This document shows, one piece after another, positions 1 to 8,639 of a DNA stretch of 24,000 bases. Each line of letters begins with the position of its first letter. Position 1 is the stretch's first letter. Origin of the DNA: Kiloniellaceae bacterium (GTDB taxonomy: Bacteria > Pseudomonadota > Alphaproteobacteria > Kiloniellales > Kiloniellaceae); assembly GCA_965199245.1 (NCBI GenBank), contig CBDAQP010000001.1, positions 822,663 to 846,662 on the forward strand, written 5' to 3'. The notes below the pieces were generated by a model. It worked only from the letters and a program-made list of their open reading frames with translations, searched no databases and was not told where the DNA came from. The translations under genes were made by a program, and so were the position numbers.

Positions 1-213
1 TGAGTCCCGCTACACTATATCTGATCAGTCGCGGTCATGTCACATCCCATTGTGTGGTGGAACCTGTTTGTGGTGAACAAATCCTACCCCATTTCAGGAG
101 CGGCAGAACCCCGCCAATCTTCTTCGTAAGGAAAATGGGTGGGGCTTAAACTGTCGGATCATTATGATCCCGGTTCACATTTTTTTAGCTGTGGTGTTGA
201 TATCTCTGATTTT

Positions 214-1155
214 TTAAGTTTTTTCTATTTTACGCAACCACCAGATTTTGACAGTTAAGGCTCCGCCTTCAAGGGGGGTGATGGTTTCGCAGGTCATGTC
301 TCCGGCGTGGGCGAGTTGTGCAATGTGGTCATCGTCAAAGCCGAGCCAGACATGGGTGTGGTCATCACGGAGATTTTCGCGGTCATGGGGGGCAAAATCG
401 ACCAGTGCCAGACGTCCGCCGGGGGTCAGAACGCGCCCGGCCTCAATCAGGCAGGTTTTCGGGTTGTGAAGGTAGTGCAAAACCATATAAAGCGTTGCAA
501 GATTAAAACGTCCAGCGGCAAAGGGCAGGTCATGAATATCTCCATGGCGCAACTGGATAACAGAGGAAAAATCGGTTCTGTTGCGCAGGTTTTGTTCCGC
601 CACCGCCAGCATTTCACGCGAGCGATCCAACCCGACAGCTTCGCGCACATGGGGGGCCAGCAACTCCAGCAAACGGCCCGTCCCTGTGCCCAGATCCAAA
701 AAGCGATCTGTTGAGTCCCGGGCGCACCCCGCGACAAGTGCTTGTTCAATCTGTTGGACATCAACATGTAACTGGCGCAAGGAATCCCAATGGGCTGCGT
801 TGCGGCGGAAATAGTCCATTGCGCGGGTGGTGCGGGCGTCCTTGACTTCTTCGAGGCGTTGAAATTCGCGGGCTGTTTCAGGGTCATCATCCCTCATCAG
901 ATCAATCACCTGACGGGCCAGATCAGCCCCCGGGCCTTTTTCAGACACGCGGTAATAGACCCAGTTTCCTTCGCGGGAGCGATCCAAAACCCCGGCATCC
1001 ATCAAGAGTTTGAGATGACGTGACACCCGTGGCTGACTCTGGTCGAGAATCGTCACCAGTTCCGAAACAGTTAATTCACAGTGGGCGCAGAGGCCCAGAA
1101 TTCTCAGACGCGTTGTTTCTGCAATGGCCTGAAGGCCCTTGAGCAAGTCTTTCAC
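214..1155 (-). CDS. ArsR/SmtB-type winged-HTH regulator fused to a class I SAM-methyltransferase-like domain (SahR-like architecture)
   Basis: 313-aa ORF with GTG start at 1155 and GGAG about 9 nt upstream. N-terminus LRILGLCAH..LTVSELVTILDQSQPRVSRHLKLLMDAGV is an ArsR-type HTH. C-terminal half carries MTase motif I LDLGTGTGRLLELL and downstream Rossmann-fold segments (LRHGDIHDLPF, MVLHYL). Confidence 0.85.
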   Translation of the reverse strand: MKDLLKGLQAIAETTRLRILGLCAHCELTVSELVTILDQSQPRVSRHLKLLMDAGVLDRSREGNWVYYRVSEKGPGADLARQVIDLMRDDDPETAREFQRLEEVKDARTTRAMDYFRRNAAHWDSLRQLHVDVQQIEQALVAGCARDSTDRFLDLGTGTGRLLELLAPHVREAVGLDRSREMLAVAEQNLRNRTDFSSVIQLRHGDIHDLPFAAGRFNLATLYMVLHYLHNPKTCLIEAGRVLTPGGRLALVDFAPHDRENLRDDHTHVWLGFDDDHIAQLAHAGDMTCETITPLEGGALTVKIWWLRKIEKT

Positions 1156-1201
1156 TGGGGTGTGCTCCGCAGAGGTTTATCACGCTTTTTAACCAAACCG
1201 G

Positions 1202-1219
1202 GTCATCTGCACAGATGAC
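1202..1219. promoter_or_regulatory. Perfect 8-2-8 inverted repeat GTCATCTG-CA-CAGATGAC in the divergent regulator/ccmA intergenic region; candidate operator
   Basis: Read directly from the sequence. It lies 47 bp upstream of the regulator start codon. A second 9-bp-stem inverted repeat, GCAGGGCAA..TTGCCCTGC, lies at 1230-1262. No binding data. Confidence 0.3.
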
Positions 1220-1380
1220 AATAAACACGGCAGGGCAATCACAGGGGGCAATCTTGCCCTGCGGATTGAATTATCTTACAACAAAGTCCGTTTGACAAGA
1301 AATTGAAGGCAAGAGGGCTTCCGAAAGGTGTGCGCCCCATCCTGTGGGGTCGTATCGGTTCTAGGACACGGGAGCTGTTC

Positions 1381-2013
1381 GTGGACAAAATGTGGAGTCA
1401 AGCGTTGATCACAGTGGAAAACCTGACCTGCGTTCGCAGGGGGCGGGTGATCTTTTCCGGGCTGGATTTTACCCTTGCGCCGGGGGAGGCTCTGCACGTC
1501 ATCGGGCCGAATGGCTGCGGGAAATCCAGCCTGTTGCGCGTGTTAAGCGGTCTCTTGCGTCCTGTGCGCGGGGCCGTGGACTGTCGGGGGAAGCTTCACT
1601 ATCTGGGACATCTCAATGCCTTTAAGAGCCTTTTGAGTGTGCGTGAAAACCTGAGCACCTGGGCCGGGGCAGAAAGAAATGCGGCGCAGGAAGATTTTGC
1701 TCTGTCCTGTTTTCAGCTGGACAAGCTGTCTGACACACCCGCCTATCTGTTGTCGTCGGGGCAGGGAAGGCGATTGGCACTGGCGCGCCTGATTGCTGTT
1801 GACAGGCCCTTATGGCTTCTGGATGAGCCGTCGGTTGGTTTGGACAAGGCATCTGTTGCGGGTTTGGAACAGGTCATCACACGGCATCGTGAACAGGGGG
1901 GGGCGGTTATCCTGACAACGCACACACCCCTTGCTTTGCCTCGGGGCACTGTCCTGAACCTGGAAGACAACCGCCCCACAGCACTGGTACAGGATGCAGA
2001 CCCGTGGTTTTAG
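1381..2013 (+). CDS. ccmA: Heme exporter ATP-binding protein CcmA
   Basis: Frame of ORF 1303-2013. Most plausible start is GTG 1381 (GGGAG 6 nt upstream), with ATG 1390 as an alternative. Walker A GPNGCGKSS, ABC signature LSSGQGRRLALARL, Walker B LWLLDEP. The 3' end overlaps the ccmB start by 10 nt. Confidence 0.9.
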   Translation: MDKMWSQALITVENLTCVRRGRVIFSGLDFTLAPGEALHVIGPNGCGKSSLLRVLSGLLRPVRGAVDCRGKLHYLGHLNAFKSLLSVRENLSTWAGAERNAAQEDFALSCFQLDKLSDTPAYLLSSGQGRRLALARLIAVDRPLWLLDEPSVGLDKASVAGLEQVITRHREQGGAVILTTHTPLALPRGTVLNLEDNRPTALVQDADPWF

Positions 2014-2675
2014 CTTTTTTTCTTTGTACCCTGAAACGTGATTTGCGTCTTGCCTTACGTCAAAAGAGCGACCTCGTGACGGCAGTGCTTTTTTTCATCC
2101 TGACCGCCAGTCTCTTTCCCTTTGGCCTCGGCCCCGAACCCAACCTGTTGGCCCGCATCGCCCCGGGTGTGATCTGGGTCACTGCATTACTGGCGGTTTT
2201 GCTGTCGGTTGAACGCATTTTCCTGACCGATTACGAAGACGGCGCACTGGAGCAGTTGATTCTGTCGCCCGCGCCTTTGGAGCTTGTTGTCCTGGCAAAG
2301 ATTTTGGCCCATTGGCTCACGACCGGGTTGCCCCTGATCCTCGCCAGCCCTCTTTTGGCTGTTTTTTTCAATATGAAGGCGGAGGGCTTGAAGATTATGG
2401 CGTTTGCCATGTTGCTCGGCACACCGAGTCTCAGTCTGATCGGAGGGACAGCCGCCGCCTTGACCCTGGGGGCGCGGAGGGGAGGAATTCTCATACCTCT
2501 TTTGGTCTTGCCGCTCTATATTCCTGTTTTAATTTTTGGTGTGGGGGCGATTGATGCCGCCCTGTTTGGCCTGCCGTACAACGCGCAACTTCTCCTGTTG
2601 GGGGCCATCATGACTCTTTCGCTCCTGGTCGCGCCGCTCGGGGCGGCGGCGGCTCTGCGGCAGGCGGTCGAATAA
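2004..2675 (+). CDS. ccmB: Heme exporter membrane protein CcmB
   Basis: 223-aa polytopic membrane ORF with GTG start overlapping the ccmA stop. CcmB-like segments (FPFGLGPEP, ERIFLTDYEDGALEQL) and position between ccmA and ccmC. Confidence 0.9.
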   Translation: MVLAFFLCTLKRDLRLALRQKSDLVTAVLFFILTASLFPFGLGPEPNLLARIAPGVIWVTALLAVLLSVERIFLTDYEDGALEQLILSPAPLELVVLAKILAHWLTTGLPLILASPLLAVFFNMKAEGLKIMAFAMLLGTPSLSLIGGTAAALTLGARRGGILIPLLVLPLYIPVLIFGVGAIDAALFGLPYNAQLLLLGAIMTLSLLVAPLGAAAALRQAVE

Positions 2676-2845
2676 TTTTCAGAGGCACTCATTGGCGGAC
2701 TCTTTTGGGGCAATCGTGATACAAAATGTCACAAGAAATCCTCAATTCAAGGGTGGAAAGATGCGCGAAATTCCATTAGATCAAAGAGAATGAAATCAGA
2801 TTTAATATTCTTCAGTCCAGGCAAAGACCTGCTGAAGGGGTCAGG

Positions 2846-3580
2846 ATGATGCGTGTTTTACATTACTTCGCAAATCCCAACCGCTTTATGCGGTTGGCGA
2901 ATGTTTTGCTGCCCTGGTCGGTTGGCGCGACTCTTCTGGGTTTGGGCGTCGGGCTTTACCTCGCGCTTTTTGCCTCGCCGCCTGACTATCAGCAAGGCGA
3001 TTCAGTGCGGATTATGTATATTCATGTGCCCTCTGCATGGATGGCCCTGTTTGTCTATACTGCGATTGCGGTTGCCAGTCTTTTTTCTTTGATCTGGCGT
3101 CACCCGCTGGCCGATTTGGCGGCGCGGGCCTCTGCGCCGATTGGGGCGGCCTTTACCTTTCTCGCCCTTGCAACAGGGTCGCTGTGGGGGAAACCCATGT
3201 GGGGGACATGGTGGGTGTGGGATGCGCGCCTGACCTCTGTTTTGTTGCTTTTTTTCCTCTATTTGGGGCATATGGCCCTGATGAATGCCTTTGAGGAACG
3301 CGAGCGCGGGCATCGGGCGGCGGCGATCCTCGCGCTTGTGGGGGTTGTGAATATTCCCGTCATCAAGTTTTCGGTCGAGTGGTGGAATACCCTTCATCAA
3401 CCCGCCAGTGTTTTCCGCATGGATGGCCCGACGATTGATCCCTCAATGCTCTGGCCGTTGATGGTGATGGGTTTGGCCTTTAAATTTTTTTACGTGAGCC
3501 TGCTTTTGTTGCAAATCAAGGCTGAATTGCAGGATGCCCGCATTCGTAAATATCATCGTGTGATGGTTGATGAGGTTTGA
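2846..3580 (+). CDS. ccmC: Heme exporter/heme-handling protein CcmC
   Basis: 244 aa. Tryptophan-rich WWD motif WGKPMWGTWWVWDARLTS, with conserved His-containing loops (MYIHVPSAW, WNTLHQP). Confidence 0.95.
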   Translation: MMRVLHYFANPNRFMRLANVLLPWSVGATLLGLGVGLYLALFASPPDYQQGDSVRIMYIHVPSAWMALFVYTAIAVASLFSLIWRHPLADLAARASAPIGAAFTFLALATGSLWGKPMWGTWWVWDARLTSVLLLFFLYLGHMALMNAFEERERGHRAAAILALVGVVNIPVIKFSVEWWNTLHQPASVFRMDGPTIDPSMLWPLMVMGLAFKFFYVSLLLLQIKAELQDARIRKYHRVMVDEV

Positions 3581-3597
3581 AAGGAGGTGAGGAAATC

Positions 3598-3765
3598 GTG
3601 GACTCTGTGACAGATTTTTTGGCCATGGGCCGCTATGGGGCCTACGTTTGGTCGTCCTATGCCCTGGCTGTTTTGGTCATGGCGGGTCTGTGGCTGTCAA
3701 CAGTGGCTCGTTTGCGAAAAAATGAGGCTCTGCTGAGAGAAATCGAACAGGGCCAGGGGAGGTAG
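3598..3765 (+). CDS. ccmD: Small heme exporter subunit CcmD
   Basis: Single-TM mini-ORF directly after ccmC (ORF frame 3577-3765). Start is uncertain: GTG 3598 (AAGGAGG at 3581-3587) or ATG 3625. MGRYGAYVWSSYALAVLVMAGLW resembles CcmD N-termini. Confidence 0.75.
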   Translation: MDSVTDFLAMGRYGAYVWSSYALAVLVMAGLWLSTVARLRKNEALLREIEQGQGR

Positions 3766-3767
3766 GG

Positions 3768-4238
3768 ATGACCCGTAAGGGGAGGCGTTTTGTCGTTGTT
3801 TGCGTCGCGGGCGTTTTGTTGAGCCTGGCAACCGGGCTTGTGCTCAGTGCTTTTCAACAGGATATTGTCTATTTTTACGGCCCCAGCGACCTCAAGGACA
3901 AACAGCAGACAGGCACATTGCACCCGGAGCGGATGATTCGCCTGGGCGGCATGGTCGAAAAAAATAGCGTCATCCGGGCGCAAAATACAACGCAGACAAC
4001 ATTTCGGGTCACGGATGGTCAAGAAAGCTTCACTGTGACCTATGATGGTTTGCTCCCTGATCTCTTCCGCGAGGGACAGGGTGTTGTCACAGAGGGCCTG
4101 CTCGATGGCAAAACGGGTCTTTTTCGCGCCACGGAGGTTCTGGCCAAGCATGATGAAACCTACATGCCGCCAGAGGTCATGGAGGCTTTGGAGCGGGCGG
4201 GATATTCCGAAGAGAAGAGAACGATAAACCAGCCGTAA
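3768..4238 (+). CDS. ccmE: Heme chaperone CcmE
   Basis: 156 aa with GGGAGG RBS. N-terminal membrane anchor, OB-fold body, and C-terminal heme-binding motif LAKHDETYMPPEV. Confidence 0.95.
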   Translation: MTRKGRRFVVVCVAGVLLSLATGLVLSAFQQDIVYFYGPSDLKDKQQTGTLHPERMIRLGGMVEKNSVIRAQNTTQTTFRVTDGQESFTVTYDGLLPDLFREGQGVVTEGLLDGKTGLFRATEVLAKHDETYMPPEVMEALERAGYSEEKRTINQP

Positions 4239-4285
4239 CCCGGGAATGGGGGCCTCCTCCCGTTCGCCAGAGTGGAAAACATGTC

Positions 4286-6286
4286 ATGATTGCAGAAATT
4301 GGACTCTTTGCCCTGATTATCGCTCTGATTATCGCGCTGTTGCAGGGAAGCCTCCCGCTCTGGGGGGCGGCGTGCGGTGATCGTCGTCTCATGGGGGTAG
4401 CCCCGGTGGGGGCGTGGTTGCAATTTATAGCCCTGGGTGTTGCCTTTGCGATGCTGACGACAGCCTATGTGGTGTCGGATTTTACAGTGTTGAATGTCGT
4501 TGAAAATTCACACTCTGCCAAGCCGCTTCTCTATAAAATTTCCGGTGTTTGGGGCAACCACGAAGGCTCTATGTTGTTGTGGGTTGTAATCCTGGCTCTT
4601 TTTGGAGTGGCGGTTGCTTGGTTCGGCTCTGGTCTGCCGCGTCGACTCTATACCCGTGTTTTGTCTGTGCAAGGGCTGATTTCCCTTGGCTTTTTGTCGT
4701 TTATTGTTTTGACTTCCAACCCCTTTATTCGGGTTCCCCGCCCCCCGCTGGATGGAACGGATTTGAATCCGTTGCTTCAGGATCCGGGTTTGGCTTTTCA
4801 TCCGCCGATGCTTTACCTTGGCTATGTCGGGTTATCCGTTGCCTTTTCCTTTGCCATTGCTGCCTTGATCGAAGGCCGGGTTGACTCCGCATGGGCGCGG
4901 TGGGTGCGGCCGTGGACTTTGATGGCGTGGGTTTTCCTCACAGGGGGCATTGCCCTCGGGAGCTGGTGGGCCTACTACGAGCTGGGCTGGGGCGGCTGGT
5001 GGTTTTGGGATCCGGTGGAAAATGTGTCCTTCATGCCCTGGCTGATGGCAACCGCTTTGCTCCATTCCTCGATTGTGGTGGAAAAACGTGACAGCCTGAA
5101 AGTCTGGACGATTTTGCTGGCGATTCTTGCCTTTTCATTGTCGCTGATTGGAACCTTTATCGTCCGTTCGGGCTTGTTGTCTTCTGTCCATGCCTTTGCC
5201 GTCAATCCGACGCGCGGGATTTTTATCCTGTTTTTGCTGGCGGTCACTGTTGGGGGGGCATTGGCCCTGTTCGCCTGGCGTGCGCCATATTTGAAAAGCG
5301 GGGGATTTTTTGCCCCGATCTCGCGCGAGGGGGGGATTTTGCTCAATAACTTGATTTTGAGTACGGCGACGGCGACCGTTTTCCTTGGCACGCTCTATCC
5401 TCTGTTACTCGAAGCCTTTGGCGGGGGGCGTGTGTCGGTTGGCCCGCCTTTTTACAATGCGACCTTTGTTCCGCTCATGTTGCCTTTGCTGACCTTTGTG
5501 TGTGTGGGGGCTATGATGCCGTGGAAACGGGGGGATGTTCTGGCGGTTCTCGGTCGTCTCAAGCTCGCGGGTCTTGTGACCTTTGTGGCGGTGCTGGTGG
5601 GGCTTTTCTTGTCAGGGGTGCGTGAAATTTATGCTGTCTTTGGTCTGATTTTGGTCACGTGGCTGTTTTTTGGAACACTTGCGGAATGGGCAGAGCGGAT
5701 CAAGCTGTTCTCTGCCTCTCCTGCGACGGTGTGGCAACGGATGGTGAAGCTACCCGGCAGTGCGTGGGGGATGACCCTTGCCCATTTGGGGCTGGCAGTC
5801 GTGGTGGCGGGAATGATTGGTTCCACAGCGTGGAAGGAAGAAGCCGTTGCGAGTATGACACCGGGCAAGAGCCTGATCCTTGGTGAAAAAACCTATCTGT
5901 TCAAAGGAATAGAAAAAATTGAGGGACCCAACTATCAGTCCGCGCAGGCCCGTTTTGATTTGATGAAAGACGGTGTGGTTATTGCAGAGCTGACGCCAGA
6001 AAAACGGGTTTATAATGTGCAGGCCATGCCGACGACAGAAGCCGCCATTCGCTCGCGCTTTTGGGGGGACGACTATCTTGCCCTTGGGGATCAGGATAGT
6101 ACAGGGGCGTGGGTTGTACGAGTTTACCGTGAACCGCTGGTTCAATGGATATGGATCGGTTGCCTGTTACTCATGACGGGGGGACTTTGTTCTTTGATGG
6201 ATCGTCGTATCCGTTTGGGAGCACCCGCCGTCAGGACACGGCACAAGACATCCACAAAAACAACGCCGCAAGAGCTGTTGCCATGA
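4286..6286 (+). CDS. ccmF: Cytochrome c heme lyase subunit CcmF
   Basis: 666-aa polytopic membrane protein. N-terminus MIAEIGLFAL and WWD-type motif WGGWWFWDPVEN. Size and position are typical of CcmF. Confidence 0.95.
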   Translation: MIAEIGLFALIIALIIALLQGSLPLWGAACGDRRLMGVAPVGAWLQFIALGVAFAMLTTAYVVSDFTVLNVVENSHSAKPLLYKISGVWGNHEGSMLLWVVILALFGVAVAWFGSGLPRRLYTRVLSVQGLISLGFLSFIVLTSNPFIRVPRPPLDGTDLNPLLQDPGLAFHPPMLYLGYVGLSVAFSFAIAALIEGRVDSAWARWVRPWTLMAWVFLTGGIALGSWWAYYELGWGGWWFWDPVENVSFMPWLMATALLHSSIVVEKRDSLKVWTILLAILAFSLSLIGTFIVRSGLLSSVHAFAVNPTRGIFILFLLAVTVGGALALFAWRAPYLKSGGFFAPISREGGILLNNLILSTATATVFLGTLYPLLLEAFGGGRVSVGPPFYNATFVPLMLPLLTFVCVGAMMPWKRGDVLAVLGRLKLAGLVTFVAVLVGLFLSGVREIYAVFGLILVTWLFFGTLAEWAERIKLFSASPATVWQRMVKLPGSAWGMTLAHLGLAVVVAGMIGSTAWKEEAVASMTPGKSLILGEKTYLFKGIEKIEGPNYQSAQARFDLMKDGVVIAELTPEKRVYNVQAMPTTEAAIRSRFWGDDYLALGDQDSTGAWVVRVYREPLVQWIWIGCLLLMTGGLCSLMDRRIRLGAPAVRTRHKTSTKTTPQELLP

Positions 6287-6843
6287 CCGCGCGGCGGGTG
6301 TTGTGGCTGTTACCGCTTGTGGTGGTGGCTGTTCTCTTTGGGTATTTTTTCTGGGGCCTGACAGCAGAGGGCCGTGATCCCAATAAAATTCCCTCTGTCC
6401 TCATCAATAAACCTGCCCCTGATTTTGAACTTCCTCCCTTACAAGGCGCGGGCGTGCCAGGGTTTCGTCGCGCTGATCTGTTGGGGAAAATTTCCGTTGT
6501 CAATGTCTTTGCCTCCTGGTGTGTTCCCTGTCTTGCAGAGCATCCCTTTATGGTGAAGCTGGGGCAACGCGATGATCTGGTGCTCTATGGTATCAATTAC
6601 CGTGATGCACCGCTTGATGCCTTGAAATGGTTGCAGAAAAATGGGAACCCCTACGCCCGAATCGGGGTGGATTCCAACAGCCGGGTCAGCATCAATTGGG
6701 GTGTTTATGGTGTTCCGGAAACCTTCATTGTCGATAAAACGGGAACGATTCGCTACAAACATACTGGCCCGCTTAATCCCGGTGATCTCGAAAAGTTAAT
6801 TATCCCTGTCATTGAAACGCTCAAGGTTGAAAAGGGATCATAA
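6283..6843 (+). CDS. ccmG: Periplasmic thiol:disulfide oxidoreductase CcmG/DsbE
   Basis: ATG 6283 forms an ATGA overlap with the ccmF stop; the track ORF from 6145 is an upstream extension inside ccmF. TM anchor LWLLPLVVVAVLFGYFFW, thioredoxin active site WCVPC, cis-Pro loop GVYGVPETF. Confidence 0.9.
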   Translation: MTARRVLWLLPLVVVAVLFGYFFWGLTAEGRDPNKIPSVLINKPAPDFELPPLQGAGVPGFRRADLLGKISVVNVFASWCVPCLAEHPFMVKLGQRDDLVLYGINYRDAPLDALKWLQKNGNPYARIGVDSNSRVSINWGVYGVPETFIVDKTGTIRYKHTGPLNPGDLEKLIIPVIETLKVEKGS

Positions 6844-7349
6844 TGCCGCGCCTGCTATTTTTTGTGCTCTTTACGCTGTTTTTGTCGCCCATTGTTTTTG
6901 TCCCCGTTTCCTTTGCCGTCGAACCGGATGAGGTGCTCGCTGACCCGGTTCTGGAATCCCGTGCGCGGGAGATTTCGCGCAATGTGCGCTGTGTTGTGTG
7001 CCAGAACGAACCTATTGATTCCTCCAATGCAGACATTGCGCGTGAACTGCGCCTGATTGTGCGTGAACGCCTTGTCGCCGGGGACAGTGACGAGCAGATT
7101 GAATCCTTTCTTGTCGCTCGCTATGGCGACTATGTGCTGTTTCGTCCGCCCTTGAATGCGCAGACTCTTTTCCTGTGGTTTGGGCCGTTTGTTGTTTTAA
7201 TCCTCGGGGCGATTGTGTTGTTTTTCTGTTTGCGCACCCACCACAAAAAAACAGCCCCGCTCACCGCAGAAGAACAGTCCGAGCTTGAACGCCTCCTGTC
7301 CCCAAAAACAGAATCAGACACAAAACCAAACGAGGAGCCAGGGGCATGA
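6843..7349 (+). CDS. ccmH: Cytochrome c maturation protein CcmH (CycL-type)
   Basis: 168 aa. Start overlaps the ccmG stop by 1 nt. Signal/anchor, the CcmH redox motif in RNVRCVVCQNEPIDSSNADIA, and a second TM segment. Confidence 0.9.
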   Translation: MPRLLFFVLFTLFLSPIVFVPVSFAVEPDEVLADPVLESRAREISRNVRCVVCQNEPIDSSNADIARELRLIVRERLVAGDSDEQIESFLVARYGDYVLFRPPLNAQTLFLWFGPFVVLILGAIVLFFCLRTHHKKTAPLTAEEQSELERLLSPKTESDTKPNEEPGA

Positions 7350-8545
7350 CCTTTTGGATTTTTACTGGCGTTGTGACGGCCTTGGCTTTGGTTGTTCTGT
7401 TGCGTCCGCTGATTAGCCCCGCTGTTTGTGATGATGGCGATGATGACCCCCGTAAACTTTTTGATGACCAGTTGGCAGAATTGGATCGGGATTTGTCCCA
7501 AAATCGTTTGAACAGCGAACAGTACGCCGCCGCGCGGGTTGAACTTCAACGGCGTTTCCTGCGCACACAACGCCAAAATCGTACAGACGAACAAACAGGG
7601 GGAGGACTATCACGCCGGTCTTTGCGGATCATCGCAGGGGGGGTGATTGTTGGCTTTCCGACGGTTGTTATGGGGCTTTATCTTGCGTTCGGATCACCGG
7701 GAACCCCCGGTCTTCCTCATCGCGAACGCCTTGCGCTGGAGCAGGCCGCGCAGGAGGAACAGGCCGCACAGCTGGTCAAGATGGAGCAAAGCCTGCAACG
7801 GCGGTTGAACGACAATCCGACCAATATTCGCAACTGGCTGTTATTGGCCCGTTTGAGGATAGAAACAAATGATCTGCGCGGATCGGTTGCGGCCTTCAAA
7901 GGTGCATTGGACAATGGGGCCGATGATGCTCAGACACATGGTTCTTATGGTGAAATGCTGGTTGCGACAGATGATGGACGGGTGAATAAAATGGCTCTGG
8001 GGGCCTTTCGCACCGCACTTGAACGCGACCCAGACAATCCGCGTGCGCTGTTCTATTCTGCGCTGGCTCTGCAACAGAGCGGGCGGCAACGTGATGCGCT
8101 TGCCATCTGGTTGAAACTGCGAACCCTCTTAACGACAAACAGCCCATGGTTGGCGGTGACGGATGAACGGATTGAGAAAACGGCTGAGGGCCTTAACCTT
8201 GATGCTGTTGATTTAATTGCTGCCAATCCGGCACGGTCGGTCGATATGGCCCCTGCTGTGGGGCCGTCGCAGGCGGATATGCAGGCCGCACAGGAGCTTT
8301 CGGCAGATGAGCAAAAAGACATGATTCGCGGCATGGTCAACAGACTCGCCGAGCGTCTGGCAAACAACCCGGATGACCCCGAAGGCTGGTTGCGTCTGAC
8401 ACGATCCTATTTAATCCTTGGGGAAAGGAGCAAAGCACAGGACAGCTTTGCACGAGCGCGGCGGGCGGCAGAGGGCAGCGGCCAGATAGGTCTGTTGCAA
8501 AATATGGAGAGCATCGCACGCCAGTGGGGCCTGGAGGAGAAATAG
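7346..8545 (+). CDS. ccmI: Cytochrome c maturation TPR protein CcmI (CycH-type)
   Basis: 399 aa with ATGA overlap with ccmH. N-terminal TM, acidic linker and second TM, then TPR-like repeats (WLLLARLRIETNDLRGSVAAFKGAL; ALFYSALALQQSGRQRDALAIW; WLRLTRSYLILGERSKAQDSF). Confidence 0.85.
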   Translation: MTFWIFTGVVTALALVVLLRPLISPAVCDDGDDDPRKLFDDQLAELDRDLSQNRLNSEQYAAARVELQRRFLRTQRQNRTDEQTGGGLSRRSLRIIAGGVIVGFPTVVMGLYLAFGSPGTPGLPHRERLALEQAAQEEQAAQLVKMEQSLQRRLNDNPTNIRNWLLLARLRIETNDLRGSVAAFKGALDNGADDAQTHGSYGEMLVATDDGRVNKMALGAFRTALERDPDNPRALFYSALALQQSGRQRDALAIWLKLRTLLTTNSPWLAVTDERIEKTAEGLNLDAVDLIAANPARSVDMAPAVGPSQADMQAAQELSADEQKDMIRGMVNRLAERLANNPDDPEGWLRLTRSYLILGERSKAQDSFARARRAAEGSGQIGLLQNMESIARQWGLEEK

Positions 8546-8639
8546 GCACGCCTTATTTTAAGAAAACTTGTGGTCTTTGCGTTGCCCCCTCTCTGTTCAT
8601 GACCTGTCTTTTTATGCTCAGAACCGTTCTTTTGTAGCG

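Noticed and set aside
1-20. TGAGTCCCGCTACACTAT looks like the T-arm and acceptor 3' strand of a tRNA ending at the window edge.
   Set aside because: The base preceding GAGT is T where the invariant C56 should be, there is no CCA, and only about 20 nt are visible. It cannot be supported.
55-130. Cobalamin-riboswitch-like fragments (GGTGAACAAATCC ... GCGGCAGAACCCCGCC).
   Set aside because: There is no B12 box (GCCACTG-like) and no downstream plus-strand gene to regulate. The similarity is limited to short GC-rich words.
1303-1380. Upstream extensions of track ORFs: ccmA from 1303, ccmG from 6145, dctP from 16928, the hydrolase from 15677 and hicB from 10001.
   Set aside because: The extensions overlap the preceding gene or lack an RBS. 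Internal starts with an RBS or ATGA coupling give proteins that begin where homologues begin (signal peptide or TM anchor).
2718-2740. CRP/FNR-like dyad CGTGATACAAAATGTCAC in the ccmB-ccmC spacer.
   Set aside because: The half-site spacing is GTGA-N9-TCAC rather than the N6 of CRP-type sites, and it does not match TTGAT-N4-ATCAA.
3657-4151. 164-aa minus-strand ORF. Similar long antisense ORFs occur at 447-890, 5750-6145, 8053-8367, 22029-22397 and 23100-23375.
   Set aside because: All lie antisense to well-supported genes (ccmD/E, the regulator, ccmF, ccmI, the Mo-enzyme). They have Arg/Pro/Gly-rich, low-complexity translations typical of antisense frames in GC-rich coding DNA, and no RBS or motifs.
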